64,000 nt of DNA from Antedon mediterranea (lineage: Eukaryota; Animalia; Echinodermata): NCBI RefSeq assembly GCF_964355755.1, contig NC_092673.1, positions 20,891,648-20,955,647 on the forward strand. The letters are read 5' to 3'. Position numbers and translations under genes: made by a program. The notes under the pieces are model-generated. The model worked only from the letters and a program-made list of their open reading frames with translations. It had not been told where the DNA came from and did no database searches. Positions 36,801-49,755 of this stretch are shown piece by piece. How positions within the stretch are numbered: position 1 is the stretch's first letter; each line of letters opens with the position of its first letter.

Positions 36801-37748
36801 GAATCAACATTTAAAAAAAACATCATTTAATGAAGAAAGAACCATATAATAAAAATGTTACGTCAAACAGTCGAGCGAAGTTTTTTGTAAGAAATAATTC
36901 TTGTTTATAAAATTGTTATTGATGGTGTGAAACTTGCGTACAACACAGTTCGTAGAACAAAACATTTATTGCAAAGGCTTTCCATAAAGTATACACTTTA
37001 TCATACCATTCTAATGATATAAATCAATTTAAAATCCACAGAAAATCTTGATTTTTCTCATTCACTTTTATTCTTACGCAAACTATAAATCTAACGACTT
37101 ACTGTACAACAGCCAAACGATATATTTTATAGTTCCTCACAATTTAAATCGTTTTATACCACTTTTCCATACTTTATACGTGAATGTCTTATCCTTTTCG
37201 TGTTTATGTTAGCCAATCAGATGTGTACAACATAGTCTTTGATTCTCCTTGTCTTGTCAATTTAAGAAATAAATTACAAACGAGAATATATGATTCCAAT
37301 TACTGTAGCCGTTTATCTATCTACGGACGTTAATGAATTGTCCCGCCGCTGGTTGAAAATTTAGCGACGTATATTGCTCATAGAATAATGTTATAGCGAT
37401 TGACAGCATGCCAATGGAATTATCACAGATTCTATACCAACGTCATGATCAGTACATTGTTGTTATCATATCATCATTCCATTGTCGACATACAACATGT
37501 TGATCTTAAATGTATATTACACAATATCCAAATCCAACCCCGGCCGAACGCACTGTGTTTTGTGGCAACGCAATTGTAAAGTTGTCACAACGCAGATTGG
37601 TCTGGAATCCTGATGCCCAGATATTAGGTGTTTTACATTCGTATCTGTGCTACGGTTATTATCTTTATTTTAAAGTAGTAGGCCCTACTTTCATATTGTC
37701 ATGTTGTTGTTGTTGCTATAATTTCGATGTATTAATACATTCTCTTAG

Positions 37749-38620
37749 TAGAATTCAAGTATAAGGTCAATAAATCCTGTGTAAATCCTTAGATTTAATT
37801 AACATTAGTTCAAGCATCTCCATTATGTAGCGAACGTTACCATGTGTTCTATAACTATAATTAACAATATGATCATGGCTATAATGTTGTTTATTATAAT
37901 TTTGATTTAATAATACAGTAGATTCTTTTCGTAGAATTCAATAAGGTCAATAAATCCTGTGTAAATTATAAGATTTAATTAACATTAATTCAAGCCTCTC
38001 CATTATGTAGCGAACGTTACCATGTGTTTTATCACTGTAATTAAAAATATGATAATGGCTATAATATATGTTGTTTATATCTTATGTTATAACTTTGATT
38101 TACTAATACAGTAGATTCTTTTCATAGAATTCAAGTATAAGGTCAATCAATCTAGTATGAGCTTACCTATAAGATTTAATTAACATTAATTCAAGCCTCT
38201 ATAATGTGTTTTATCACTGTAATTTAAAATATGATAATGGCTATAATATATGTTGTTTATATCTTATGTTATAACTTTGATTTACTAATACAGTAGATTC
38301 TTTTCATAGAATTCAAGTATAAGGTCAATAAATCCAGTTGATCTCAAGCATCTCTATATATTATATAGCAAACGTGTTCTATGTTCTATCACTGTAATTA
38401 ACAATATGATAATGGCTATATTATGTTGTTTATATGTTATGTTGCCTTTTCTTTAAACAAAATTTAAGGTAAAAATATTCTGTTGAGTTTTAGCCTACCT
38501 CATTCTTTAAGAGTTATGGTTAAAAACATGAATTCAAGCATCTCCAATATGTATATCATATTGTGTTCTTTCACTATAATTAACAATCTGACCATGGCTA
38601 TAATATGTTATTTATATAAT
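37749..38620. repeat. ~185-bp AT-rich tandem repeat, ~4.5 units
   Basis: TAGAATTCAA(GT)ATAAGGTCAAT recurs at ~37750, 37932, 38125 and 38307. Confidence 0.9.
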
Positions 38621-39313
38621 GTAGGCCTAATTAATAATTTTTTGTTTTGCGAAACAATAATATTCATCAAGTAAATTTGAACATCAGTGATCCGTTATTT
38701 CAACGTGAAAAGTTGTAGTTGCATGTGACATGGAATATTTGATTAACCGTCGTTTTAAACCGATAACGTTCTATCATATTATTTGATGTACCGTGTATTC
38801 ACTTTCCTCCAACCTCAACGGTGCAAACGTTATCAATATTTGCATTATTGCGTCAACTAATGTAAAAATATGGGGCAAACCTTCGACTAGCGAAAGCTAT
38901 TTTGTTTTCAATTTTCTTTTGCTTTTTAAATAAAGACGAATTTAATGTAAAATTCCCATTCTTATTTTCGAACACAGATTAAAATATGTCTATTATATAA
39001 CGATTGTGCAATTATTTTGATTTTAGGACGTCACTGTTTGGCTTGTTTTCCGTAAGTACAATGCTGAGTTCATTAAATTTCACCAGTTTAATTATATAAA
39101 ATCCACGCACTAATTTGAATTTACATTTAATGTAAAATTAAATTTTTTTTTATTTCTTTAAACACAGATTGAACGTAATTGAAATGCTGAATTCATTAAA
39201 TTGCACACATTTAATTATTCAAAATCCACGCACTGATTTGGAATCAAGAGGGTCGGAAAAATTAACCGTTGATTTAATTAGAACGATAATCAAATCAAAA
39301 GAATGTTGTTGAA

Positions 39314-39868
39314 ATTGTGTGATCAGGTATTCCACGACCGGGTTTAGCCACTTAGAGTATGCTACAGCTAGTATATTGTGTGATCAGGTATTCCACGACC
39401 GGGTTTAGCCACTTAGAGTATGCTACAGCTAGTATATTGTGTGATCAGGTATTCCACGACCGGGTTTAGCCACTTAGAGTATGCTACAGCTAGTATATTG
39501 TGTGATCAGGTATTCCACGACCGGGTTTAGCCACTTAGAGTACCGGTATGCTACAGCTAGTATATTGTATGATCAGATATTCCACGACCGGGTTTAGCCA
39601 CTTAGAGTATGCTACATCTAGTATATTGTGTGATCACGTATTCCACGACCGGGTTTAGCCACTTAGAGTATGCTACAGCTAGTATATTGTGTGATCAGGT
39701 ATTCCGCGACCGGGTTTAGCCACTTAGAGTATGCTACAGCTAGTATATTGTGTGATCAGGTATTCCACGACCGGGTTTAGCCACTTAGAGTATGCTACAG
39801 CTAGTATATTGTGTGATCAGGTATTCCACGACCGGGTTTAGCCACTTAGAGTATGCTACAGCTAGTAT
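39314..39868. repeat. 61-bp minisatellite x9
   Basis: ATTGTGTGATCAGGTATTCCACGACCGGGTTTAGCCACTTAGAGTATGCTACAGCTAGTAT; near-identical abutting units with no spacers. Confidence 0.97.
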
Positions 39869-40420
39869 ATCAACTGACAGTCTAAGCCCGGGTCTAAACC
39901 CAAACGGGACTAAATCTCGTTATTAATATGGAGTACTGCCAGTTTATTCGGGGAAATATATCTGCAAAGGTCGGAAATACTACAACTAAAATACTATAAG
40001 TTATCTTAACCAATAAACCTCTATTAAAAGAGCACCCTTTCCCATTAGAACTGTCCCAATAGACGGCTTCTACTGTACTTTATTTATTACGCTGCAAATT
40101 ATGAATGATTGTTTTTTAAAGTACAAATGCATGAACAATGCGTACATTAGGCATAAGCCAAATACATGCATAGGGTCAGCCATCCGTCTCCGCTCTGTCG
40201 CGATCAGAGGCAGAATGATAGAGAGTAATATTATCAATAAAATGCGAATAAATACGGTAGTTGTCGGTGCAAATCAGTGTTACATTCTGAATTGCTATAA
40301 ACAAATAAATCATCATTTTTGCACAGTAAACCAGGCATGAATGCATCATTGTCTGAAACTATGAGGCTTGGAGGGTTTTTTGTATTTTTATTTATTATTT
40401 ATCTAATTTTTACAGCGTAA

Positions 40421-40690
40421 AGGCCAAAACCCACGTACTTTGTCCCACGTAGAATCTGTATCTATCCTGAGCAAAAACCACAGGCCCGCTCCGAACTGTG
40501 TGTAAATGGTCATAAGGAATTACATAGATTCTATATTTATTATTATTTATTTATACAATATAGAATCTATGTTATTCCTTATGACCATTTACACACAACG
40601 CAGAGCGGACCGGCGGTTGCAGATATTATATACACCAGTTTCTACGCTTTTCCACTTACCGTTACCGCTCGTCTGTGTAAATTGGCCTTT
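40421..40690. mobile_element. Harbinger-like MITE halves forming an inverted structure
   Basis: Outer AAGGCCAA.../...TGTGTAAATTGGCCTT; inner 41-bp inverted repeat at 40497-40537 and 40557-40597. Confidence 0.55.
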
Positions 40691-43600
40691 AGGATCACAG
40701 TGTTCTTATTTAAGTCTTGTTTTATTCGTAGTCTACAATCTATCTATTTGTAACTAGGCCTATAACAATTTACAATACCCAATACAGTAAGGCAACATAT
40801 TACACTCGTATACAACATGTGACACTGGTGTTATGTCATTCATTCAATTCAATTATCAAAATGCATGTACTAATCGTAAGTTCGTAATCAAGAATGCCAC
40901 GGCTATTTCTATTAATGAGCATTGATTAACGTTAAACGCGAGTAAATTGTTGAATTAGTGTCCCAGAGTTAATTGCATTATGTACACATATTGGCAACGT
41001 ATTTACCTTCCGGATGATCTTCTTACGCAATTGGAATAGTACAATTTTAGTAACGCTCTCGGATATATTTCATTCATCATGATTCTTGTACGGTATCAAG
41101 TCTACCGACAATAAACATCTTGCAGTATCATGTCTGCTAAGGGGCAACAGTCCCATAGCTTTAAATAATAATTTAATCGGTTTTCGAAATAATATCTCAC
41201 CTTAAGGTCCCATTAGATGAAGGTTTATTGTCGTTTGACATAACACTGCTCATGACGCCGGGGTAGGCATATATCCTGTTCATGGGTGTTGAGGTATACC
41301 TCCCTGCTAACTTATGTTAATGTTGGAGTTAGGGTTCGGTTGAAATTCCAACAGCAGACGACTGTCTTCATTTCGAAGTTATACGAATAAAGATCACATT
41401 CTAAAGCTTTTCAATCATTTTAAAAACCGTTAACGAGTTTACTTACCAACCCAAACAAACCTCTTAAGTTCGAGTTTTTCATATCTCATGAATTGATGAC
41501 GTCATTGGACAGGTCGTTGTGCGTATATATAAGACATCACTAAATATGTAAACATTAAAGTTGTTATATTAAATGCTGTACTTACTGTCATAATTTAGAT
41601 TATGACAAATTGTAATGCCACCATCTAACTACAGATATAACCAATAAATAGCAATGATGAGAGATAAATAAATCAACGCCGTATTAAAAGAAATTTGTAT
41701 AAATTATCTAACCGAGAGATCTTCATTTTGTGTGACACTTACTTCACGTCGTTACGTTATGATGCGAGTTTAATATCTTTCTGTATTGGAATGTGTAAAC
41801 ATGTCCAATACCTGTTATGTTACTACTCTGCTGTCTTAACGTTTTAAGTTGAAAGTTTATTGTGTTCTCGTGCACAACAACAGAACGTGATACAATCGGT
41901 ATTAAAATGAAATATATTCCACCAGAGTATACAATGTTACGAAGAACCTTTAAATTTAGATTACAAAATCTGTCTGATATTTGTTAGTTTTAAAAGGTAG
42001 ATAATCTTGGTCATATAATATACCGTATATAGTTTATTTTATGTGTTTTTGTGTATTCTAATAAATACTAGTATTGCTCTATTCTTTACCGTTTAGAAAT
42101 CAATCTGACGCAGGCTTGCTGCCTAGTTGAATTGGATAATCTTTTCTTTGTGAATCAAAAATTTAAAAAAAAAACCAACATATTCATGATTAAGTGCTTA
42201 TATTATTCACACGTAATATCTATATTTAGACTTCTGCGTTATACAGTAACCGGTTGAAACATTTGCATTTATTGGATTCATGTGTAACGGCTCTGAACTA
42301 TGCATATCATGTGAAATATTGTGTGAACGGACCCTTAACTACTATATGAGATGTAAGCCTATGTCCACACTTTCTAATTTGAAGATATTTTCCTCGGAAT
42401 AAAAGCCCGTTGTTTAAATAGTTTGTTATTTTAAATACGTTTACACTTTTGCAGTTATTACTCATTAATATACAGATAGTCTAACTTACCTTATGGTTTA
42501 AATGATGTTAATCCAAATCACACAGAGGCTACATTGGGACAAAATATAACACGTCCCGACAGATCTCCGACTGAATGCATCTTGAAAATCCAAAGGCTGC
42601 CCCTAACGGTCAATAACTTTTTACAAATAAGGAGGGCGTTATTATTCATTTTGAAAAAAAGAAATTGATGATCTTTTTTTTTTTTATTGAAGGCAACAAA
42701 GATCACCAGTGTATTTGTTAAATAGATATTTTTACTAATCAAGACTTTTTTCTGAGTGACTTTAGGATTAGCGCCCTCTCTAGTTAGAATATGATTGTGC
42801 ATATACAATTAGTCGTTGCATTTGACAATATAGTCAATGGGAATGAGAAAAAATTCGATGTTTAAGCTTGGTTCCCATTTGGTTGACCAATCACAAGCGT
42901 TAGGTAGAATGACCTTGCAACGCAAAAATTATATTATTGGGTTTTCCAAAAGATTCTGTAATAAATTTCATTATTTTGATAGAAAAATACTATATCTATA
43001 GATGTAAATGGAGAAATATAGCAGTCACACTAAAATACTTCCTAGTCGAACTAAAATATCTCCAAAATATGGAATGGCACATTGTACAACAAAAAATGAT
43101 AAAATGCACTTTGAAAAGGTGGTTACATATCGGACAGAATGGGTAGTTGAAAACAAATGTTAGGTAATTAGCCCGAAATCTCATCGCTTATATACTTTAT
43201 ACATATTCACATTTGGGTATTGTGTATGAATGTATGTATTATGTAAGTTGTATATATATGGTGTTTTTTCTTCTTTGTTATAAACTGAAAACATAAAAAA
43301 TGAAGATTTATGCAATTTGAATAGCCTTCTTGTATTTTTAATGTAGTATAATCACCAAATTGTTCAGTAACGAAGTGTTTAAGGAGTAACGCAACGCAAG
43401 CGTTTTAACCAATAGCAAGCGAAGTTATAGACAGTTAGCAATCACAAGCGAATAAGCCATCGCTTGTGATTGGTCAATTCACTTGCGTTGCGTTACGTCC
43501 TTGCGTTGCGTCGCTAGTGGGAACCACGCTTAAGTGCTAATTAATATACAAATGAAACTAGGCCTACATTGTACCACAGGTTACTATTCCTCGTCCAAAG

Positions 43601-44497
43601 CAGTTCCGTACGTATTTTCATAATATATTAATAATTTTGATATCGTGGGACGTTGAAAGCGCAAGTAATTTGAATAAATACGAACGTGATGGATCATCCG
43701 AAATGTCGCTTGTGATTGGTCAACTTATTTTCGTTGCGTATACGTCGTTTCGTTGCGTATACGTCGTTTCGTTGCGTCCGAATGGGAACCAAGCTACACC
43801 TAATGTTTACGATATCTCATTCCTCACATTCGTTATTACTCTAATTATATAAAACGCGAAACTAACATGTCTTGACAATACTTGTAATCCAAACAATGCT
43901 TTAAATGTACATAAATATCAAAAGACGCAAACCATCACGTCATTGAAAACACCTACGTATTCATGAATCAAAACGTGCGGCTTACGTAAGTGCTGCGTGT
44001 TTTACGATGCATTATTCGTAATTTTATATTCGTTTACAAACACAATGTCGTGCGTATTTGATTCACATATTTCTATGGTGCAACGAGTTAGACTTGAGTT
44101 ATTTATTCATGGAAGAGGCTAATGTGTAACTAACGTGATGTATTTCAATTTCATTCGAAATGTATAGCTATATCCAAACAGCACATAAACGGTGTTCTCT
44201 TTTGGTTAAAACAAGGAGACCTGCTTTTAAAATCAATCCTGGATTCTAGTGCTAGAACTCAGTAATTTTATTCAATAATTCGCTAATGTACAAAACAACT
44301 CTTTTTCGTGCGACCTTCTCTATTTGTATGATTACATGTCCTTTTTTCTATGTATTTAGTTGAGTAAAATAACATTAACACATTATGCTCACACCTGACC
44401 CGTAACAGCTGGTCCAATATAAAACATATATATTACTATTAAAGCCTCAAGAAAACAGTTACTCTCGACACAACATTGATAAAATGGATGGACAAAC

Positions 44498-44592
44498 TGA
44501 AAATGAATGAACGACCGGAAAATAAATGAACGATCGGAAAATAAATGAATGACCGGAAAATAAATGAACAACCGAACAAAACAAAAATGAAA
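44498..44592. repeat. 19-bp repeat GAAAATAAATGAACGACCG x~5
   Basis: Directly visible; probably subterminal repeats of a DNA element. Confidence 0.75.
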
Positions 44593-47162
44593 AAAACAGA
44601 TGGAAACACTAACAGGTAACGAGTTTTTATTATGTTTATCATTATCAGTTTATAAAACGTTTCTTCTCTCTTAATGTTCGCAAAATCTGGTAACCTGCCA
44701 CCTGCCAGTTCGTAAATAATGAGCACGAGGTCTTGAGTTAAGTCACGTGAACTGTATGTGAAATGTAAATGCAATAAATATTGATTTTAAAAACATTCAT
44801 CCGGCGTATTGTCATATGAAAACGAACATATTGCCTCAACTCTTTCAGTGCAAACAAAATGATTGCAACAATTTATTCATTATTCATTTATTCTTCACAT
44901 TATTGAATTTAGTTGTGTTTAGCTGATTTTAATCTAGAATTTAAGCCAAGTTGTTATATATATAGGTATTTATTCATAAAAAAACACATAAATAATACAA
45001 ACAGAAGGCAGCCCTACGGCTGAAAAATTCTGCAAACAACGTACAAAGTAAAAATTTAAAAGACTCTAACAACAATATAATAATACAAGTACACAGTAAA
45101 TCAGATCATTAAAAAGCCGTTACAATTCTTGCCAAAAGACTCAGATAAACCAAAGCATGCGGTAATCACTAATTCATTAATTATTATTAATGTTATAAAC
45201 CTACAAAGTTTTAGTTTTAGAAGCTTCATTCATTCTATCAATAATGTTAGGGATGGTATTTTATGTTTACATCATAAATTATTTTGATTTTTGAATCTTA
45301 ACACGGTAAAAATTACAACATGAAAATTACCAATACAATCAATTCAAAATATTGATGGAATTGGTAAATCGTATAAAGATAACAAATATAGGCCTATTCA
45401 TTTATTTGTTTGTCTTATGTGGGTTCGTCCTACTTTTATTTCATTTTATTTTATTTTAAAATAAATGCATTGCACGTAATAAATAAAATCAATAAATCTT
45501 TTATAGTGATATATACAATAGAACTAAAATAAATCGTATATTATAATAATAATATAATAATGATAGACTATTCATTTATTCTTTATTCATTCATGTTATG
45601 CCTAGTCTATGGTTTTTGACAACTTGTACATTTTTACAGTGTCGCATACAATTAATGTCGTCCTCTAAACAAAAGCATTTCTGAAATTATATGCATGATA
45701 AATAATGGATACATTATTAATATTTCTTACAGAGAATAACTTTACTAATTTGTAAACAAACCCAAACATGATAAAGGAAGACATAAACAAAACATCATAA
45801 AGAAAATTACTGAAAAGGTATATTCCCACTGCGGTCTTTGAAACATGACGCACAGTTTCGATAAAGGCATTTATGAACACCTTACTTTTCTCATGGAATT
45901 GCTTATGACATAACACATCAGTATCTTTGTGAAAACCGCTTTTATTGCACCCGAATGTTTAACTTAAGCGTTAATGTATTTGGTAAATACACCATGGACC
46001 AAAGGTAAAAATGTGTTTACAAAAACAGACTCTCAAGATTTGTTCAGATGAACAACGATTTCTTGTTCAATTTATGTAATCATTAAGAATATTACAGAAT
46101 TCTTTGATAATTTTCGAATAAATTACCATAGTAACGGATTCAGACAATTGGGTTAACTTAGGAAATGACATAATTTACAGACAACCCTATTTAATTGAGC
46201 ATTCACACAAAATGCTGTTAGGCTAATGGGTGGATTATTAAATTAGCATCGAATACAATGTGTTTAAACTATTGAACAAATAGAAGACATTGAACAATAT
46301 GCGGACCGCTTTGTAGTTTAGTATCATAATTGTGTCTGATAATTATGAGGCAAACTGTACTTACAGTAACATTACAGTACCGTCTGCTCCATCGTCTTGT
46401 ACCACGCATTACGTTCTATAATTATCACCTTCAAGTCGTTATGCTTTTTCGTTTGGTAATGCTTTAGTTAGTGAATCATTTGCCATTGTTAATTGAAATA
46501 GTATGATGGATACACATAAGTTGGTGCTCAGCAGGGGAACTTTATTACTGTTATTTGAATAAGAACCTGTCTAAATTGAGCTAAAAATATCATTCTTAGA
46601 CAATTAGCGAACATGCTTAGCACTCTGTGATAAATACATTACAGCGGCACGCCTGAAGCGGACTTTAGGCATTCAGCTAGCTACTAACGCAAGAGAATGC
46701 GTGTAAGAGCGACCTCTATCAACACAGCGCTTCGATTTTCTAGTAGACAATAATACCATGGCATTGAGAGGTATTCTTTGAGAAGATTTAGCTCGCAGAT
46801 CCCCTGTTCATTCACAATAAGACATTATTGAACCAGTGATGTGCAATGATCTGGCAAAACAATTAATCCATGGAACACGGCCACTTTGTCTGTATTACGA
46901 TAGATCACCATCTGAAAACAAACCGCCGAAATGCCAAACAAGATTGGTGACGAATTTCAATGTGGTAGGCCTATCTGATATTATTATTACTGGTGTCTAA
47001 GTTAATTGGAAATGCTATGTAGTTGAAATGCGATTGTTTTTGAGATCCCAGACTGTATAGTTTCTGTAGCTTTATGTAGACGGGTACAACAACGAAGGAT
47101 GGGTTACAAACAGAAAGTCGGATAAATTTGTTATCGGTTTGCTTCCGAAATTATCTGAAACT

Positions 47163-47507
47163 ATGGAGTTTACCACTGCAACCGTGCTATACTATGAAGT
47201 CCTCACCAATATATCACAGTGGAATGATATAAAAACAGAAGTCGGGGATAATAATACGTACTTATTGCTTGGATATGAACTCACGAATCTGACATCAGAG
47301 GATGAGCACCAGGAATATTATGCCAGTTTTGCATATATTGCCTTATCTGTGTTGATATTATGGACGTTTTTTGGCAATGCTTTGGTGTTGATGGCAGTGA
47401 GTAGGGAGAGGGGGTTAAAGTCAATGTCAAATTACGTGATAGCATCTTTAGCGTTAGCCGATTTGTTGCTGTCTGTGTTAGTCATGCCAATTGGTTTACT
47501 TAATCTG
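47163..47507 (+). CDS. First coding exon (N-terminus to TM2) of a D2-like dopamine receptor; remaining exons not found in window
   Basis: ATG at 47163; [14 protein letters not shown]...[20 protein letters not shown] resembles DRD2 FGNVLVCMAVSREK...[20 protein letters not shown]. Phase-0 GTAAGT donor 6 residues after MP, as I recall for D2-family genes. 5-HT2-type identity is not excluded. Confidence 0.82.
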
Positions 47508-49586
47508 GTAAGTTACAACTTTATACTAATCTTTGGCTTTATTGCTAAAGGATTTGCGACACTACTTCTTATATTCTCATATTATACAATTTATCAACAT
47601 GTTTATTCCCCTTATTTCTAAAAATATACGGTAAAATATCTTCAACCCCTCTGCTCAGCAGACACATCCACAAATAAAAATTGGTTCTGATTGGTTACCA
47701 GGATGCAACGCATGAACTACATACGCGAACGCAAGTAATTTGACCAATCACAAGCGACAGAACGTTCATTAAGTTTACATTATCTATAATATTTATAACA
47801 TCACATTATAGGCCTACCGTATTTTATAATTGTAACTGAACAATTGATGATTATAACGTAACTTTAAATATGCATATATTTTTTTTGCTATGATATAACA
47901 TTGAATAGTATTTATCATAATCGACATACATGCTCGTAATAATTGTATTAAATCATGTAAACACAACTTAATATGATGATTAGAATAGTTATCGTATTTA
48001 TTCAGTCTGACAAAATATTTTGTGCCTTCATCTGTAACCAAAGTGGCCGCATACAGCGTATTAAATGTAATGTAATATCATTTTAACACCAGTGGTGCTT
48101 ATAGACACGATCTCTCGATTACGACTAATGTTTGATTGATATGACGAGCCAGCTGACAATAAGTGATAGAAATCATTAGGATTCGGGAATTTTTCCTGAT
48201 TGGTAGATGATGTCTTGGAATCGACAGTTATTCCACCATCTTATATACTGATTAGTCGTATTAGCTATGAATTACACATTTCTTTAGGGAAATTGTAGAC
48301 GGCTTTAAAACGCCGTCATCATCAGATGGAGTGCAATTCCTTAAATTGATAATACTATAAAGAATTTAATCAGTACAATGATATTATTCAATTCAATTTG
48401 TTTTTTCAATTCATATACATTTATTTATCAACAGTTCTTAATAGTTTAATAATAAGTTGATTAATCAATAAAGAAAATAAATAAACTTTTGATAGCGTCG
48501 CAAACTAAGAAGGCAGGGTTTTGTCTCATGAGGACCCATGGACGAAAAACAAAGGTAGGCCTAATGCGTAATGCAACATTGAAATAATGTGATCACATGG
48601 CATAACTTATAAAATAGGTTGACAATACAATACAATACAATTTAAATTATAATACAAACTAGTATAATGAGATTTATTTTTTCTTTTTAAAAGATAAACG
48701 AGCAATTGTCCTAATATAATCTGAAAGGTTATGTATTATACCAAACACTTGGATGTTAAGCAAAGATATGATATTAATAAAGTGATACTTTGCCGTTCAA
48801 GAAACAAACAATCATATTTTATATTTTTGATATTAATTTTAAACCTGGAATCCCCCTTTAATATTATTAATGTTTGTCGTATGAAACGTCCTTATTGAAT
48901 GTGCCTATTTCTATTCATTACAACAGTTTGTGTATATTTTATTTTTTAATAGTAATTTAAAACCCGGAAAACCTCTTTAATGTTAATGTTCGTCGTATGA
49001 AACGTCCTTATTGCATGTCTATTCATTACAACAGTCGGTGCGTCCCCTAAGGACCACTGTGATCATAGACAACCCCACAACACAACAGGAAACATTGTAA
49101 TGAATGTATATAAAAATGAGCACATGCAAGATAATTTGAAAAAAAAACCGATATTACGGTTGAAGCCGTTTAATTACGTCATGTTTTCGGATCTCAATAA
49201 ACCTGTTGTTGCATCCTTATTCTGTCTTGATCGATCGATTGTAATGTTGACATGGTGACATTTAATTACACCTGGTCTTCCAACTAATCTATAACAATCA
49301 ATTATCTAAGAATCAAAGGACGCCAATAACTAATTTGATATTATTTGTTGTTGGATATTCAGTACATTGCGCTGCCGGGTCTTTATCTATGAGCCCGTTC
49401 ATGTTATTTACCCGGTAATTGGTTTCAGTTATCTAGTGGGTAGGAACCAAACTAACACGGGTAAATTACTAGTCTGAACGTTTGCTTGATGTTATTGTTG
49501 TTGTAAGATTTCATACGCGTACAACAACGAGAAACTCGCCAATTACAAACTGGACTGTCTCATTTGAAGCTTAGGAAGTAAGTTAC

Positions 49587-49755
49587 AACCATTGCACTAG
49601 GTTAGGATTGAACCCTTGCACTAGGTTAGGATTGAACCCTTGCACTAGGTTAGGATTGAACCCTTGCACTTAGGTTAGGATTGAACCCTTGCACTAGGTT
49701 AGGATTGAACCCTTGCATTAGGTTAATATTGAACCCTTGCACTAGGTTAGGATTG
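49587..49755. repeat. 24-bp minisatellite x7 derived from a SINE B-box region
   Basis: AACCCTTGCACTAGGTTAGGATTG unit matches 12313-12340. Confidence 0.93.

Noticed and set aside
39314-39868. CRISPR-like array
   Set aside because: Units abut with no unique spacers, there are no cas genes, and the context is eukaryotic.
46520-46640. REST/RE1-like sites upstream of the D2-like gene
   Set aside because: Only half-site matches (AGCAC); too weak to call.
47508-47621. Hydrophobic ORF continuation after TM2
   Set aside because: It follows a canonical GTAAGT donor and lacks TM3 motifs, so it is intronic read-through.
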